Below are positions 1 through 11,571 of a stretch of DNA of 64,000 bases, in pieces. The stretch spans positions 351,290 to 415,289 of the forward strand of contig NMRA01000325.1 in the NCBI GenBank assembly GCA_002633005.1, read 5' to 3'. Within the stretch, counting starts at the first letter, position 1. Each line of letters begins with the position of its first letter. The position numbers and the translations under genes are program-made. The DNA comes from Phoronis australis. Lineage: Eukaryota; Animalia; Phoronida. The notes beneath the pieces are model-generated. The model ran no database searches, had not been told where the DNA came from, and was given only the letters and a program-made list of their open reading frames with translations.

Positions 1-375
1 ATGTACTAAAATGATTTAGTAGACGAGTGGGTAAATTGCACAAAAATTAATTGGAACAATCAACCTAAAAATTTCAGAAACTAAAATTATAGATGGCAGC
101 ACACGGCAACGTTAAACTTTCTGCCACAATAACTGTTTACTGGACCACATGCAAGGACTTTCTGTCACGCCCAATTAAACTCTGATTGCAGTGCATCACC
201 CGGTCTAAATAAACTAAATACAAAACTCATCTCGAGCAGCCAAATTTGCAGAGGTGCCAAGCTTAGTTTAGATCACACTGCACAGGGCATAGTTTTGACA
301 CCGGTTGCGAGTTTTATAGCAACTACTAGACTTGACAAAACAAAGTCTCACAGTATCTGGGACGATGCATTTCGC

Positions 376-777
376 CTAATATAACAACGGCGAGCTCCTC
401 TTTTGACCGTCACCTAAGTCCTCTTGGTATCTTGATGTCACGACATTCGCACCTTGCGTAAGATTCCTCAAGCTCTGTGCCAGTCCTTGTAAATGGAACC
501 TAAAGTTTTGTAAACACTTCTCCTCGTCTTCAGAATAATCGATATTGACTACTCCAGGTCCTAAAACGAGTTCTTCTTTAATACCATTAAGCATCTTGTA
601 AAACGCGTACAAGTCTTCCGGGGCTTTGTCTGTGGTTAATCTCTTCTCGACAATTTTTCCGGGAATGTCCATAAGCCGACTGGGCAGCAAAACTGTACTG
701 TTCATGTTTTCAACAGACTGAACAAACTGGTTCATGGAAGATAATAACGCAGAGTTTGACTTCTTTTCGTTTTCCAT
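376..777 (-). CDS. MID1IP1: Spot14 / MID1-interacting protein 1 (THRSP/MIG12) family protein, 133 aa, uninterrupted CDS
   Basis: All three Spot14-family blocks are present: SALLSSMNQFVQSVENMNSTVLLPSRLMDI, DLYAFYKMLNGIKEELV and FRFHLQGLAQSLRNLTQGANVVTSRYQE. Probably a pro-orthologue of vertebrate MID1IP1/THRSP. A possible 5'UTR intron lies at 802-889 (CAG|GTACC ... TTCAAG). Confidence 0.9.
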   Translation of the reverse strand: MENEKKSNSALLSSMNQFVQSVENMNSTVLLPSRLMDIPGKIVEKRLTTDKAPEDLYAFYKMLNGIKEELVLGPGVVNIDYSEDEEKCLQNFRFHLQGLAQSLRNLTQGANVVTSRYQEDLGDGQKRSSPLLY

Positions 778-1206
778 TATTCAAAATCTGCTTTCCCAGG
801 CCTTGAATTGATAAGTCAGAATGCAGCAGAAAATAAACGCTACCGTACAACCTCGACCGGCTCCACTGCACGAATAAGACTGCCGGTACCTGCGCAAAAG
901 ACAGAATATGAAGCTTCAGTAAACTGAATGTGCCGAAAACAAGCAACTACATGAGCCTGAAACGTGAAACCAGTAGTACCGGCATCCTATTTGTTTGTAT
1001 TTATTCCTTAGGGGAGACGCATCATATTTATGATTTTTAAAAGATCGCGTAATTCAAAAAAAAATAGGTTTTTGTATATACATCGTTTATTCTGTAGTTA
1101 AAATATACTCTTCTACGTTACAGCAAATTAATCTATATGTTTGTTTTTAAATTGCTCTGACTTTTCAGAAGTAAACTCCCTCGTTAAAAGTAAACTCGTC
1201 TAAAAC

Positions 1207-1253
1207 TGACCCAGGTCATGATCACGCGGCTTCCACGCCCCCTGCGATTGGTT
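1207..1253 (-). promoter_or_regulatory. Candidate proximal promoter module of the Spot14-family gene (nuclear-receptor half-sites, ChoRE-like double E-box, GC box, CCAAT)
   Basis: Plus strand TGACCCAGGTCATGATCACGCGGCTTCCACGCCCCCTGCGATTGGTT, about 430-480 bp upstream of the ATG. Motif matches only. Confidence 0.4.
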
Positions 1254-1907
1254 CAATTTCATTGAACTATAAGGTGGCAATAGTTGTTTGTACATGTAGA
1301 AACCATCGATTGAATTGTTTGCAGCTCTTAGGACTGAGCATAAATGAGTTGCTTGATTCAATAATAGAAACAATGTCAACAACAAGGTAATAGCTACGAG
1401 ACATAAACGTATATAGCACAATGTAAACAAAACGGAAGCAATATTTCAATGAAAAATAAATCTCATTGCATAATGCTTATTTATTTGACTTCATCGACTG
1501 GTATAATATTGTTTTATGCCCGAGGTTTTAAGATATGAAAATATCAAACAAACTTAACCCGGAAAAATGTACCAATTTTTGCTGAAATGTTCATTTGGTT
1601 GAATCCGCATCAGACCAGTTTACTATCTAACATCCCATATGTCAATCATTTTTAAGCCCAACAACCCAAACGCGTTTTGAAAGCATGTAATCAGTAACAA
1701 TTAAGCACTCACGAGGTGACAGGACCGTCTCCCAACGAGGATCGACTGACCAACACAGTATCATTTACAAATAAAATATAATTCGACGACATTTCTTGAG
1801 TCAGCTCAAAAATGGCAAAGAGACAATTCATGAAAAATTCGAGAAGAAGAAATGAAGACCACTAGTTGTCAAAAGCAGAAATGGTCACTTGGAATCACAT
1901 TCGATGC

Positions 1908-2070
1908 CAGGGGCAGATCCAGGATATTGAGTTCGGGGTGGAGAGGTGGGGCTGGGCAGAGTATTAGCCAGGACTTTGCCCGTCAGACATTCGCATTGCC
2001 GAAGTGCCGAATTGGATATGGGAGAATTTTTGGGGCATGGCCCCTTGGCCCTCCCCTAAATCCGCCACTA
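1908..2070. mobile_element. Short hAT-like MITE (uninterrupted copy)
   Basis: Termini CAGGGGCAGATCCAGG ... CCTAAATCCGCCACTA. Internal sequence is shared with the interrupted copy at 5501-6060; another 3' end lies at about 4700-4732. Confidence 0.6.
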
Positions 2071-2388
2071 ATCGCCCTATGTTACAAGACAATGTCATGC
2101 TTTTTTCGTCTGAAAATACTGCATGTGAAGGTCCGACCGGATCTAAGTGAGACAACACGCTAGTGTCGGTTTACAAAAATGTGTACAGTGTTATCAATAG
2201 GAGCAAGTTGTTTTGCATTGCCTTTAGTTCCTCATACGTCATTAATATGTGTGTTGTTGACAGTCGTCAATTTCCTCGTCCTGTTCTTGGAAAGAATATC
2301 CCTGTGGTGTTTCGAAACTATTTGAGAGCGAACAGACATATAAACGATGGACCGACCAGGTGGGAGGGAGGAGGGGGGGGGGGGGCTC

Positions 2389-2550
2389 NNNNNNNNNNNN
2401 NNNNNNNNNNNNNNNNNNNNNNNNNNNNNNNNNNNNNNNNNNNNNNNNNNNNNNNNNNNNNNNNNNNNNNNNNNNNNNNNNNNNNNNNNNNNNNNNNNNN
2501 NNNNNNNNNNNNNNNNNNNNNNNNNNNNNNNNNNNNNNNNNNNNNNNNNN
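2389..2550. other. Assembly gap (N run) flanked by poly-G
   Basis: N characters in the sequence. Confidence 0.99.
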
Positions 2551-2933
2551 GGGGCTCAGATCCAATTTCAAGTGTCAAATTCGGAACACGGCGCATTCGT
2601 AACGGAACTATGGCTAAGTATAGGCTCTCCCGCGATATCCCAGGCGACCGGCAGAAGCGCTGGGCACTACGACTCCGTTTCCGTCGTCTGCTCCGTTGTG
2701 CAATGAAGAAAATGTACTTCATTTTTTTAAAGAAAATGGAACCTGAGTGACGATGAAAAAACAGAAGCTGCTGGTAAGATGTGAATTTTAATCGAAGCCT
2801 TACTGAATCACCCAGAAACTCATAATTCTCTCTTTGTAAAACCTTATCTTAAGACGATTTCCAAAGCAATCCCGTCATTATTGCCAACACGAAAAACGGA
2901 TTTGGTATTTTGGGCATTTGAAGACTATTTTAA

Positions 2934-4270
2934 AGGCGAAGGCAACCTTTCTTCATGTCATTTTTATCAAAAATGAGGTTCGTTGATTATCCCAGACATA
3001 TTTTTCACTTATTTACTGCTTTTCGTAATTTAATTAATTACTCGTTATCTACTCCGGAAGGGGCGTTTTGGGAGGCAAAAATTTCGCGCCAATTTCTTTT
3101 CATATAGTATGACTGTGAGAGCAGTCGAGTCAGTCATTGTTCTACCTCGGTTATGATAAATTCGGCCGTCGTTTGCTTTTGCTTACGAGTCAGTCAACAT
3201 GCCACGCTGTTGCTGCTTACTGGGGTGCACTCATTATCGTCTCAAGTACAGAGGAAGAACTGTACCACTTGCCCGAATGTCCCGCAACACACTCCCACTG
3301 GAGGGTGATCCGTGAGCACCCAAACTGCTTAGATCCCGCCGTGTGACTCCCTCGCTACACACCTGGCACCTTCTAAATAGCTCCAATACAAGTCCACAAT
3401 AAACTTATCAAACTTAGGCTCACCGATCTGTTCATTGGATGACGAACTCTCCTCTTCACTGGGTCAGTGTCGAACTGGGCCTGTATTCACTCCCACTACT
3501 CAACATCGCTGCAGAGATGCTTACAGGTTCTGGGCTAGAGACAACAGCACAGAGCGAATCACTGCTAGATCCCGGAATTGCACGCAATGGGGTACGTTCG
3601 GAGGCACGGGTGACAGTAGATGAAGTGCCTCCAGTCACTGTATATAGTGGCCACAGGGCGCGAGGCTTCTCGCTTCAAAAACGCACTTCTCGGGGTTGGC
3701 GACGGGGCACCGGACTGCCGGGAATCAACAGCGACGGTATGTTACCCTTCTTCAGGCGTTGTTTCGCAGGGACCTTCATCAATTCAGCGTACATATCTCT
3801 GTCGTAATCTGACGGCAGAAAATGCTTGCCACACACTCGGTAACCCTCCACTGCTTTGTACGTTGCGTGGACGGGTAGCGCTGCGTTCTTCACATGAACG
3901 AGCTAGCCAAGTACGGCGAAGTGTGTCATCCTTCGGAAAGCTACGCAAGGTAACCCAAGCGCGTGTGAGACGATAATGAGTACATCCCGGCACGCAGCAA
4001 CAGCATGGCATGTTGACTGACTTGTAAACAATAGCAAACGACGACTGAACTTATCACAACCGTGGTAGCATAATGAGTGACTCGACAGCCCTCACAGTCA
4101 GACTATAATGAAAAGAAATTGGCACGAAACTCTTGCCTCCCAAAACGTCACTTCCGGAGTAGAGGACGAGAAATTAACCTAATTACGAAAAGCTGTAATT
4201 AAGTGTGTCTGGGATAATCAACGAACCTTATTGTTGCTAAAAGTGACATGAAAAAAGGTTGCCTTCGCCT
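2934..4270 (-). mobile_element. Kolobok-like DNA transposon, internally deleted, with ~305-bp TIRs
   Basis: TIRs 2934-3244 and 3966-4270 (AGGCGAAGGCAACCTTT ... AAAGGTTGCCTTCGCCT). TTAA at the left flank and TTAG at the right. AG..CT termini, a TTAA target and a THAP domain fit the Kolobok superfamily. Confidence 0.8.
3250..4011 (-). pseudogene. Frameshifted THAP-domain transposase N-terminus
   Basis: MPCCCCVPGCTHY...LRSFPKDDTLRRTWL (3784-4011) continues after a frameshift as YRVCGKHFLPSDY...RLKKGNIPSL (3675-3893), completing a C2CH THAP domain. Downstream broken frames give KFIVDL / LELFRRCQVC / WECVAGHSGKWYSS. No catalytic domain remains. Confidence 0.8.
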
Positions 4271-4417
4271 TTAGATACAACAAATTTGTTAAGAACCGTT
4301 TGCACAAAATATAAAACGTGTAATAAGCATTACAAAAAGAAGAAGGTTTCGCGCGCAAACGCTGTGGACCATAAACAAGTACTGTAGGTCTCTTGATATA
4401 TTTTTAGAAGTGAAATC

Positions 4418-4478
4418 GTGGTGGTGTAGTGGTAAAATATGCGCGCTCTATCCGTCAGGTCGTGAGTTCGAGTTTGTG
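4418..4478 (+). mobile_element. tRNA-derived SINE head (degenerate)
   Basis: A-box-like TGGTGTAGTGG and B-box-like GAGTTCGAGT with no intact cloverleaf. Similar heads at about 10575-10632 and 37160-37203, and on the minus strand at 21370-21490. Confidence 0.45.
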
Positions 4479-5500
4479 GAACTTGCAGTTTTTCGTGTTT
4501 GACACGTTCTCCGTGTTTTTATTTATTATTTTTTTACTTTTTCTTGGATAATACTTCAAGAATCAAGGAAAATGCTTGATTTTTAGAGGAAAAAACAGGA
4601 AAAATTCCTGGGCAAACCCCCCTCCCGACCTCCCCTATTCGGTGCTATACGCATCTACAATCGTGGTTTGCGCAAATGCTTACAGCCGGACAAAATGTTG
4701 GGCCCCCCTTGTGATATCCTAGATCCGCCACTGAATCCCAGCGACACACCATTCGTGTGGATTCTTGGACAAGAACAGAAGCCATGTTATCAAAACAATA
4801 CATCTTTTGCAACAGGTAAAGTTTTGAATATTTTTTATAGTTTGAATCATTAGATGTGACTAAAAATCTGAACTGATGTGTAGCCGCGTGGAAGAGGAAC
4901 GTTTTGTAGGGTTTCGAACTCCTTAAAGACGTCTTGATGATTTAAACCAAGCATCGTTCAGCCACCTGCTGATGAAGCCATTGGCGTCAAGAACTAAAAA
5001 CTCGTACTCCCTGTGTCACAGATTGGATATTATGGTTCTTAGTGTAGTACGGTATTGCTATGTAACGTAGTAATGAATATATTCCTCTAAATGAAGTAGT
5101 TTTCTCGGTACTTGGTCTTCATTAAAAAACATTGTCTTAACCCCGGTGTATTCATTATCACCTCTACCCGTCAAATAATACTTCATTAATGGGTGGTCTT
5201 ATCCCACACTTGTGCAATTCCCGGTTGCTCATTTTGCAGACGTAGTTTTCAAATTTTCCTCCAGACTTTTAGAGTTGTCGAGGATTACAGAGCATTATGT
5301 TGTTTCAAAGAATTGGACAGGAACGTCGTTTTTATCGAAACCGGGTTTGGTATCTTTTAAGGGGACCCATCGTTAAAGGGAGTTATGTGTAAAAAGAATC
5401 CTTTCGCAGGTAATTTTGGTATCAGGCTTTCGCGCGGAAGAACTCGCCCTTTGAGAAGCGGGGCTTCCCTACACCTCTTTTATGAGAGTGCCCTTCCCGG

Positions 5501-6060
5501 TAGGGGCGGATATGCTGTGCGTGAACTTGGAATCCTGCTTAATCTCAAGATTAAGCGGAAGTGAGTGTTGCGTGAACTTGGAATACATGAGGAAACTTGA
5601 CAAGTTCACTCAAATAATCACGTACACGTGGATAAAAATTTGCACTGCACTAAACCAAATTTTATGTTATTAAAATAACGTAACATTCAACTAATCTTTT
5701 TTTAAGCTATTGGCGATCTTATTCACCAGACAATAATATTGTTTTAACCAATCACAAATTCCTCTGATTCTTTGACACAAGTTACGGTAAAGGAGAAAGT
5801 GAATGATTACAAGGCCAATAATTACAAAAAAATCTTTATACTGAACAAAAAAATCACCTAATTGCCCAAATATATGTACAATTCCAAGTTCACGCATACG
5901 CGATCTTGAGATTAAGCGGGATTCCAAGTTCACGCACAGCAGATCCAGGATTTTGAGTTGGGGGGCAGGGCAAAGTATTAGCCAGACAGACATTCGCACC
6001 CCCGAATTGCCAAATGGAATCTGGGAGAATTTTAGGGGGCATGACCCCTCTCCGCCACTG
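5501..6060. mobile_element. hAT-like MITE (same family as 1908-2070) interrupted by a nested MITE
   Basis: TAGGGGCGGAT [insert] GATCCAGGATTTTGAG...TCCGCCACTG. Removing the insert restores the 1908-2070 structure. Confidence 0.65.
5513..5941. mobile_element. Nested MITE with ~65-70-bp TIRs
   Basis: TGCTGTGCGTGAACTTGGAATCC(T/C)GCTTAATCTCAAGAT is inverted at the two ends, each arm carrying two GCGTGAACTTGGAAT motifs. GAT is duplicated at 5509-5511 and 5942-5944. Confidence 0.75.
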
Positions 6061-9000
6061 TCCCGAGCCCACATAAGTACTCTTTGGTTTGTGTTGACTT
6101 GTCCTGCGCAACTCCCGTGGCCAGTTTTGAGTGCTAATATGTTCGCGGTCCGGCAAATTTCCCATGTTTTTAGGTCGAATCCGAAGGGGGACGGATCCTC
6201 CTAAATCCCCCTATGTTCATTTTAACATACATAGGGAGAATAGAAACGATAAAACAAATCTACACAGCAAGTGAGTTAAAATCATATCTCAGGAATACGA
6301 TATTTTCCAGTAAAAGTGTACTTTGTGACACTCGCCTATAATCATACAAAACACAATCAAAAATAGCCGAAAATGCTCGTTTTTTCAGGCACAAAAATAC
6401 TACAGTCGCATGTGCAACCTTGAAAGGGGACTGTAGTCAAAATACTGTTGCAGTTAATCGGTTCTAACATACAAATAAAACTCGATTTGCCTGACTTGCG
6501 TGCCAAACAAAGGCCGATTAGTATTCATGGTCAAAACACTGAATACTGAAAGCGATCGCTGATTGGCTGATGTGTCAGTGACGTGAATGGCGGGGTATCG
6601 GCTGCTTTACACATTCATTGCTTACGTCATATTTTGAAGAGTTTACATCGTAATGTATCATTGTATCAATCGTCGTTATTTTTTATTGTTTGCCACAGAG
6701 CTGTAAAAGGTTCGCTATGCCTTTTTGTATGGCACGTGGTTGCTCAAACTCATCGAAAAAGGTGTCTTCTAAAGGGATAGTCATCGCATACCATCGCCGT
6801 GTTACCCAAGCCTTAGCCCAAAGCTGAGTGTAGGCTATACTAACGCCCGTCGGACGATAATTCTCCAAAATCCACTCGGGCTCTAGATAACGGGGGATAA
6901 CGACTTCGCCATGTAATAACCTATATTTATTTAGAGTATAACAAAGTGTTTTTATATGGTCCAGTGATTGCGTGATTCGTGTGCCTATGAGGCACCTTAG
7001 TCAGAAATTTGGTCTTACTTCCACACAACTGTTATTTTTTAAATTAATAAATTTCGTCTGAGCACAAATTGCAGTCTCTGACAGTATACTGGCAACTACT
7101 AGTTCCCGAGAGAATTTCTATAAATTATCTCTAGACTGTGATGCGCTCTGGAGTCACGGGTACTGTCCGAGATTTAAAGTGACCTCGCAGAGGAAGAGTT
7201 CAGACCACATGTAGCTCCCTCTACACTTGCACCCTATCAGAAAATTGACACCACAGTGCGAGAACACACTGTGATTTACCACAAAAATTATAGACATAAC
7301 TTTCACAATTATCAGCTAAAAGTGATCTGTCAATACAACAACGAACACAGTCATTCATTACTGGAGTGTTTATTGGGTAAATCTTACAGGTTCGTATACA
7401 TGGGCAGTATAATGTATGATTTTTTACTAAAAACTTAACACCTGAAAAGATCTGTACCAGAGGATGCACAAGTAGGTCTCTGGTATTTCAGTTCTGCATA
7501 AATTACATATTCTCTAAACCTCAATAATAAACAGCCTCTGCAAAATAATTTAGTGTTTATCATCTAAACCAACACAAGTAATACAATATACCTAATTTTC
7601 ACAGATGATTCACAATCTGGATCTATAATACATACACATAACTTAAGCATTTTTATTGACCACTAAAAGCAACAAAGCCAGCAAACTACATAATGTGCTC
7701 TTGAGTCCCATCACAATAAAATAACCCCAAACACTACTCTTGAAAGTCAGGGAGTAATAAACCTATAACTTTAGCTAGTTTAGATAGGTGACCCCAGTAT
7801 TAGAGAAAGCCGAGTTCTACAAACACAAAACCAGTTATCTATGATACCTGTAAAGGAACTTTCTTGGTTGCGATTGTAATCAAACGCTCAATCACCCCGC
7901 AGAGAACACCCTTGTTACTCTAACTCCTGTGTGGACGCTAATTTATGACCAAGATCATCAGTAATGTATTTTTATTCTTATAACTTGTTCCATCCTGAAC
8001 AGACCAGAACTTCCAAGTTCCGCCATACTTTCCTTTGGATGAAATTGTTCATCTTCACATCACTAAACAGATTCATTCTTATAATTATCGGCAGAGCACA
8101 GAGGTCCATGTAAACTATATAAAAACTTTGTTATCACTACCCATCTTTCAATATAATTATGCCAATAATAGTACAATCCAGTCAATCTTTCTTCATGGTG
8201 ACAAAAGATGAACATTTCAACCTCTTCGGAAAGATTTTACAAACAATACTTGGACAAAAACGGAAGAACTATTTGGTAAAACAAATGAGACTGGGGGAGA
8301 TTCAGAACAGAAAACAATTTTTCTCCGATGGACAGATTTTTTACATCACACATCACGTTCCTGTACGTACAAAGAGCATAGACTCAACTCCAAACAGCCA
8401 ACAAAGGAAGCACATTGAGTTCAAGAACTACTGCAACATCTACTGTCCACTCACATCCTGACTCATTTACATAGAAATTACAAACACTTTTAATGGAGCA
8501 ACTGCACCAAGACGGCAGCACATTTCACACGTCAAAATCTCCAAATATGGTGACAAATCATTTTCATTCAAATCTTCACTTTGATTCAGACACTTTGGGT
8601 ACAATTATGTAACGATCAGGTGTGACAGCTATAACAATTACATTATAATCAATAATTATCGAAATAACAACAACTGCATAATTATAATTAACAACTATAA
8701 TGTGAGATTTGCAATGCTTGGGCGAACCCCATGTAATGCTTGAAGCAACAAACAAAATCGTATATACAAAATATATATACATTAAAATAAAATACAATAG
8801 TGAGTAGACACAAGCATCTTATACTCCATGACTGGTTCCCATTAATGTTGCTGCTTGGTATTAACAGCAGAAACTGCACTTGAATGTGACATCCACAGAT
8901 CTCATCAATGAACTGAAACACCTAAAAGTGAGATGTGACACAACTAAGATATTGAAAAACAAATAAAAAAACATCAATGACAATTGCTATGGTGGTAGTA

Positions 9001-9882
9001 ATGATTATGCAATAATTTGTTTGAGTTCCTGTCACACCAAACTCGTCAGAGCATCTGAGCGTGTCTTTACTTGTTGATGACTAGAATGCGAGGTTCTTAA
9101 TCAGATTGTGCAACATTTTGTCGCTTCCCACTCGTTTTTTCTCGTTTTTGAGATAGTACTGAGCACAGCTTTGGTGTGACAGGTTTGTAACAACGAAGGG
9201 TGCAGCAGTCACGACAAAGTGATTTTTGAAGGGTAATCAACCTTTATAAACATAGCATTTACAAAGTCTCTAAAAATGTTTGTATACAGAACCTAGCACA
9301 ACATAAATGCCAGTGTAGATATTGTTATCAGAGCCAAAAGCCAATATGTGACAGTGAAACATTTACTTGATAGACAAACACTAGCATATGTTGTCTTACT
9401 CAAATGTGAGTCCATATACTGGCTTGTACAGTAGTTCACTTCCTTCATTGTGATCACTAGAGTGCGCAATCAATGACCTGTCTCATGAGCCTTTCATGGG
9501 GATTTTCTGTTCTAGTAAGAGAGACATATCTTGCAAGAACAGGTCATTGTCATGACAATGCACAGGCCCAGCTGACTAATCGTCCACTTTTCTGACTTTT
9601 GAAAATTCAGCAAGATAATGAGCTTTTATTCATCAAACATTGTTTCTTCATATTACTACCATCATGGATACATAATGGTAGGAATTTTTAGTAACGAAAT
9701 TAAGAGCACTGCATGAACTTTTTTGTATCTCAGACGTGATACATCTCAGACACGACTTGCCATAACTTGCCTAGTCAGCAGTTATTGACATTTTTTGACC
9801 AATGAAACTACAAATCACATGAGGTGTTACCTTATGGGGATAAATGGAGGAAAAAATCTCGTACCTAAGTTGCAGCAACAGC

Positions 9883-10006
9883 TCATGCCTTGCCAGACTT
9901 CTGCTGCAGGTCATAGTATTTCTTCAGTCGTCGTTTGAGTTCTACTGGGAATTTCTCGTAACACTGTTTGCACACAGGCTTAAGGTCAAACTCGAAGAAT
10001 TTTGTT
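9883..10006 (-). CDS. LIMS1: PINCH/LIMS last coding exon (end of LIM5 and basic C-terminal tail)
   Basis: ttttgtag| [40 protein letters not shown]. Matches the PINCH C-terminus ([28 protein letters not shown]). Confidence 0.95.
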
Positions 10007-10869
10007 CTACAAAAAATACCACATGGCTAGCAGGAGGCACAGATTACTCTCTGGTACAGCAGTATAGCTGCATAAAAAATTAAAAAAAAACAAAATTTCT
10101 GTTTGAAGACCATTTCAGATTTTTTACTTAAGCTGAAAAACAAATATATATTAACTGCTGGACAAACACACATCTGGAGCTGTAATAAGCCAACTTATTC
10201 AACTCTAAAGACTGTTAACCACAGCTAATTATGCGTTCAAATGGTGTCAACTGTCAAACATCAAAAAACGCTTTGTTTAAACATCATAATCACTTTCAAC
10301 TTCTCAAGTGTTTGGTTGAACCAAAATTTCCAGCTCATGTAAGACTAGAGCCAACCTACAAGATTTTGACGCATACATTATAAAGTGTTTAGACACAGTA
10401 ACAAGTAAAAACAAGCATAATGAATAAATTTCATTAATTAGAGAATAAAGTTAACATCACCTGAAGAATAATTTATTTACAAAACATCACTTGGAGAATA
10501 AATTATTTAGAAAACAAATTATCCGATGCTTTCAGTAAAATGCGTCACCTGTAACTCCCACTGTCTTTTAATAATAGCTTAGTGGTCAAAGTGCCCGGAT
10601 AGTATTTGAAAGATCCCCAGTTCAGTTCCCAGGTTGCGACAGTAGTTTTTTACAAACTGGGGAATAAAGGTTATGTATTTAGGCGAAAAACTTAATTTTC
10701 ATCATTGGTTATTATTATTAAACAATGTTTACAGACCTTGCGTACACCCAACAAGGCTGCTTATACGTCCTATTTGGTTCAAATGACTTGGATAATTTAA
10801 AATCAACTACAATGCGCCAAGACAAGCACACAAAAACTCCGTCAACAGTATTGCCACAGTTAGACTCAC

Positions 10870-10945
10870 TTTTGATGCAGTTTCCTGTCGCACACAGAGC
10901 ACGCAAAATGGTTGACACACCAACTTTTGTTCAATGCCGTGAAAA
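10870..10945 (-). CDS. LIMS1: PINCH/LIMS exon (LIM5)
   Basis: ttacag| (V)FTALNKSWCVNHFACSVCDRKLHQ(K) |gtgagt; phase 1 to 2. Confidence 0.95.
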
Positions 10946-11429
10946 CTGTAACAGAAATTGAAACTTGACTCTACATGTACGTGAAGCCCAACTCCAAAGG
11001 ACAGCCATTAGAAAGGAAGACAATAACAGAATATCTTTGTCTGAACTTCCACGGTTTTTTGATTTAGTCATTTCACTTAGAGAAATATCCAGCACGCCAA
11101 ACTTGTGTTTGTCTAAGTTTGAATGGAAAATTTAGGGAATTCCAATGCTAGTTTTTGAAAATTGTACTAAATTGGATGTGCACAATGCAAATATCGTGTG
11201 ACCTCATAAAAGTGTAATGTCTTTCCAAGTGTATGAGAGAACTCTGAGAAAGCTAGAATCTGCAGAGATGTTAAATACCACTTACTAAAAGAATTAAAGA
11301 AAATTTGTTACCAACATAAACAGACTTAATGTAGGGAAACCTGAAGCATGTACTGAATTTGAAATTGGGCAATAAGGTGCATTTGATCAATGAATCTTCA
11401 TCAAGGCAAGGACAGCAGCACCCACTTAC

Positions 11430-11571
11430 CATCTCCCGCCACTATGTTGTTGCAGACGTAACAGATGTTACCAAACAGCTGGTGGTAGTGAGTCTCACAA
11501 TACGCTAGACCTTTCTTCTCATAGTGCCGATTACCAAAGAACGGTCGCTCGCATTTGGCACATACAAAATG
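11430..11571 (-). CDS. LIMS1: PINCH/LIMS exon (LIM4-LIM5)
   Basis: ttctag| [47 protein letters not shown] |gtaagt; phase 0 to 1. Confidence 0.95.

Noticed and set aside
2163-2750. Several long ORFs spanning 2.2-2.7 kb
   Set aside because: They are open only because they cross the N gap.
4418-4478. Functional tRNA genes here and at about 10575, 37160, 51040, 53390 and 53840
   Set aside because: Only A/B-box-like motifs; acceptor and anticodon stems do not pair, consistent with SINE-type remnants.
4965-4995. CTGATGAAGCC-ATT-GGCG hammerhead-like motif (also CTGATGA at 13511)
   Set aside because: The required GAAA box is absent.
9865-9885. Stop-codon readthrough of PINCH (TGA GCT ... TAG)
   Set aside because: The context is not the TGA-CTA readthrough motif and only five codons follow.
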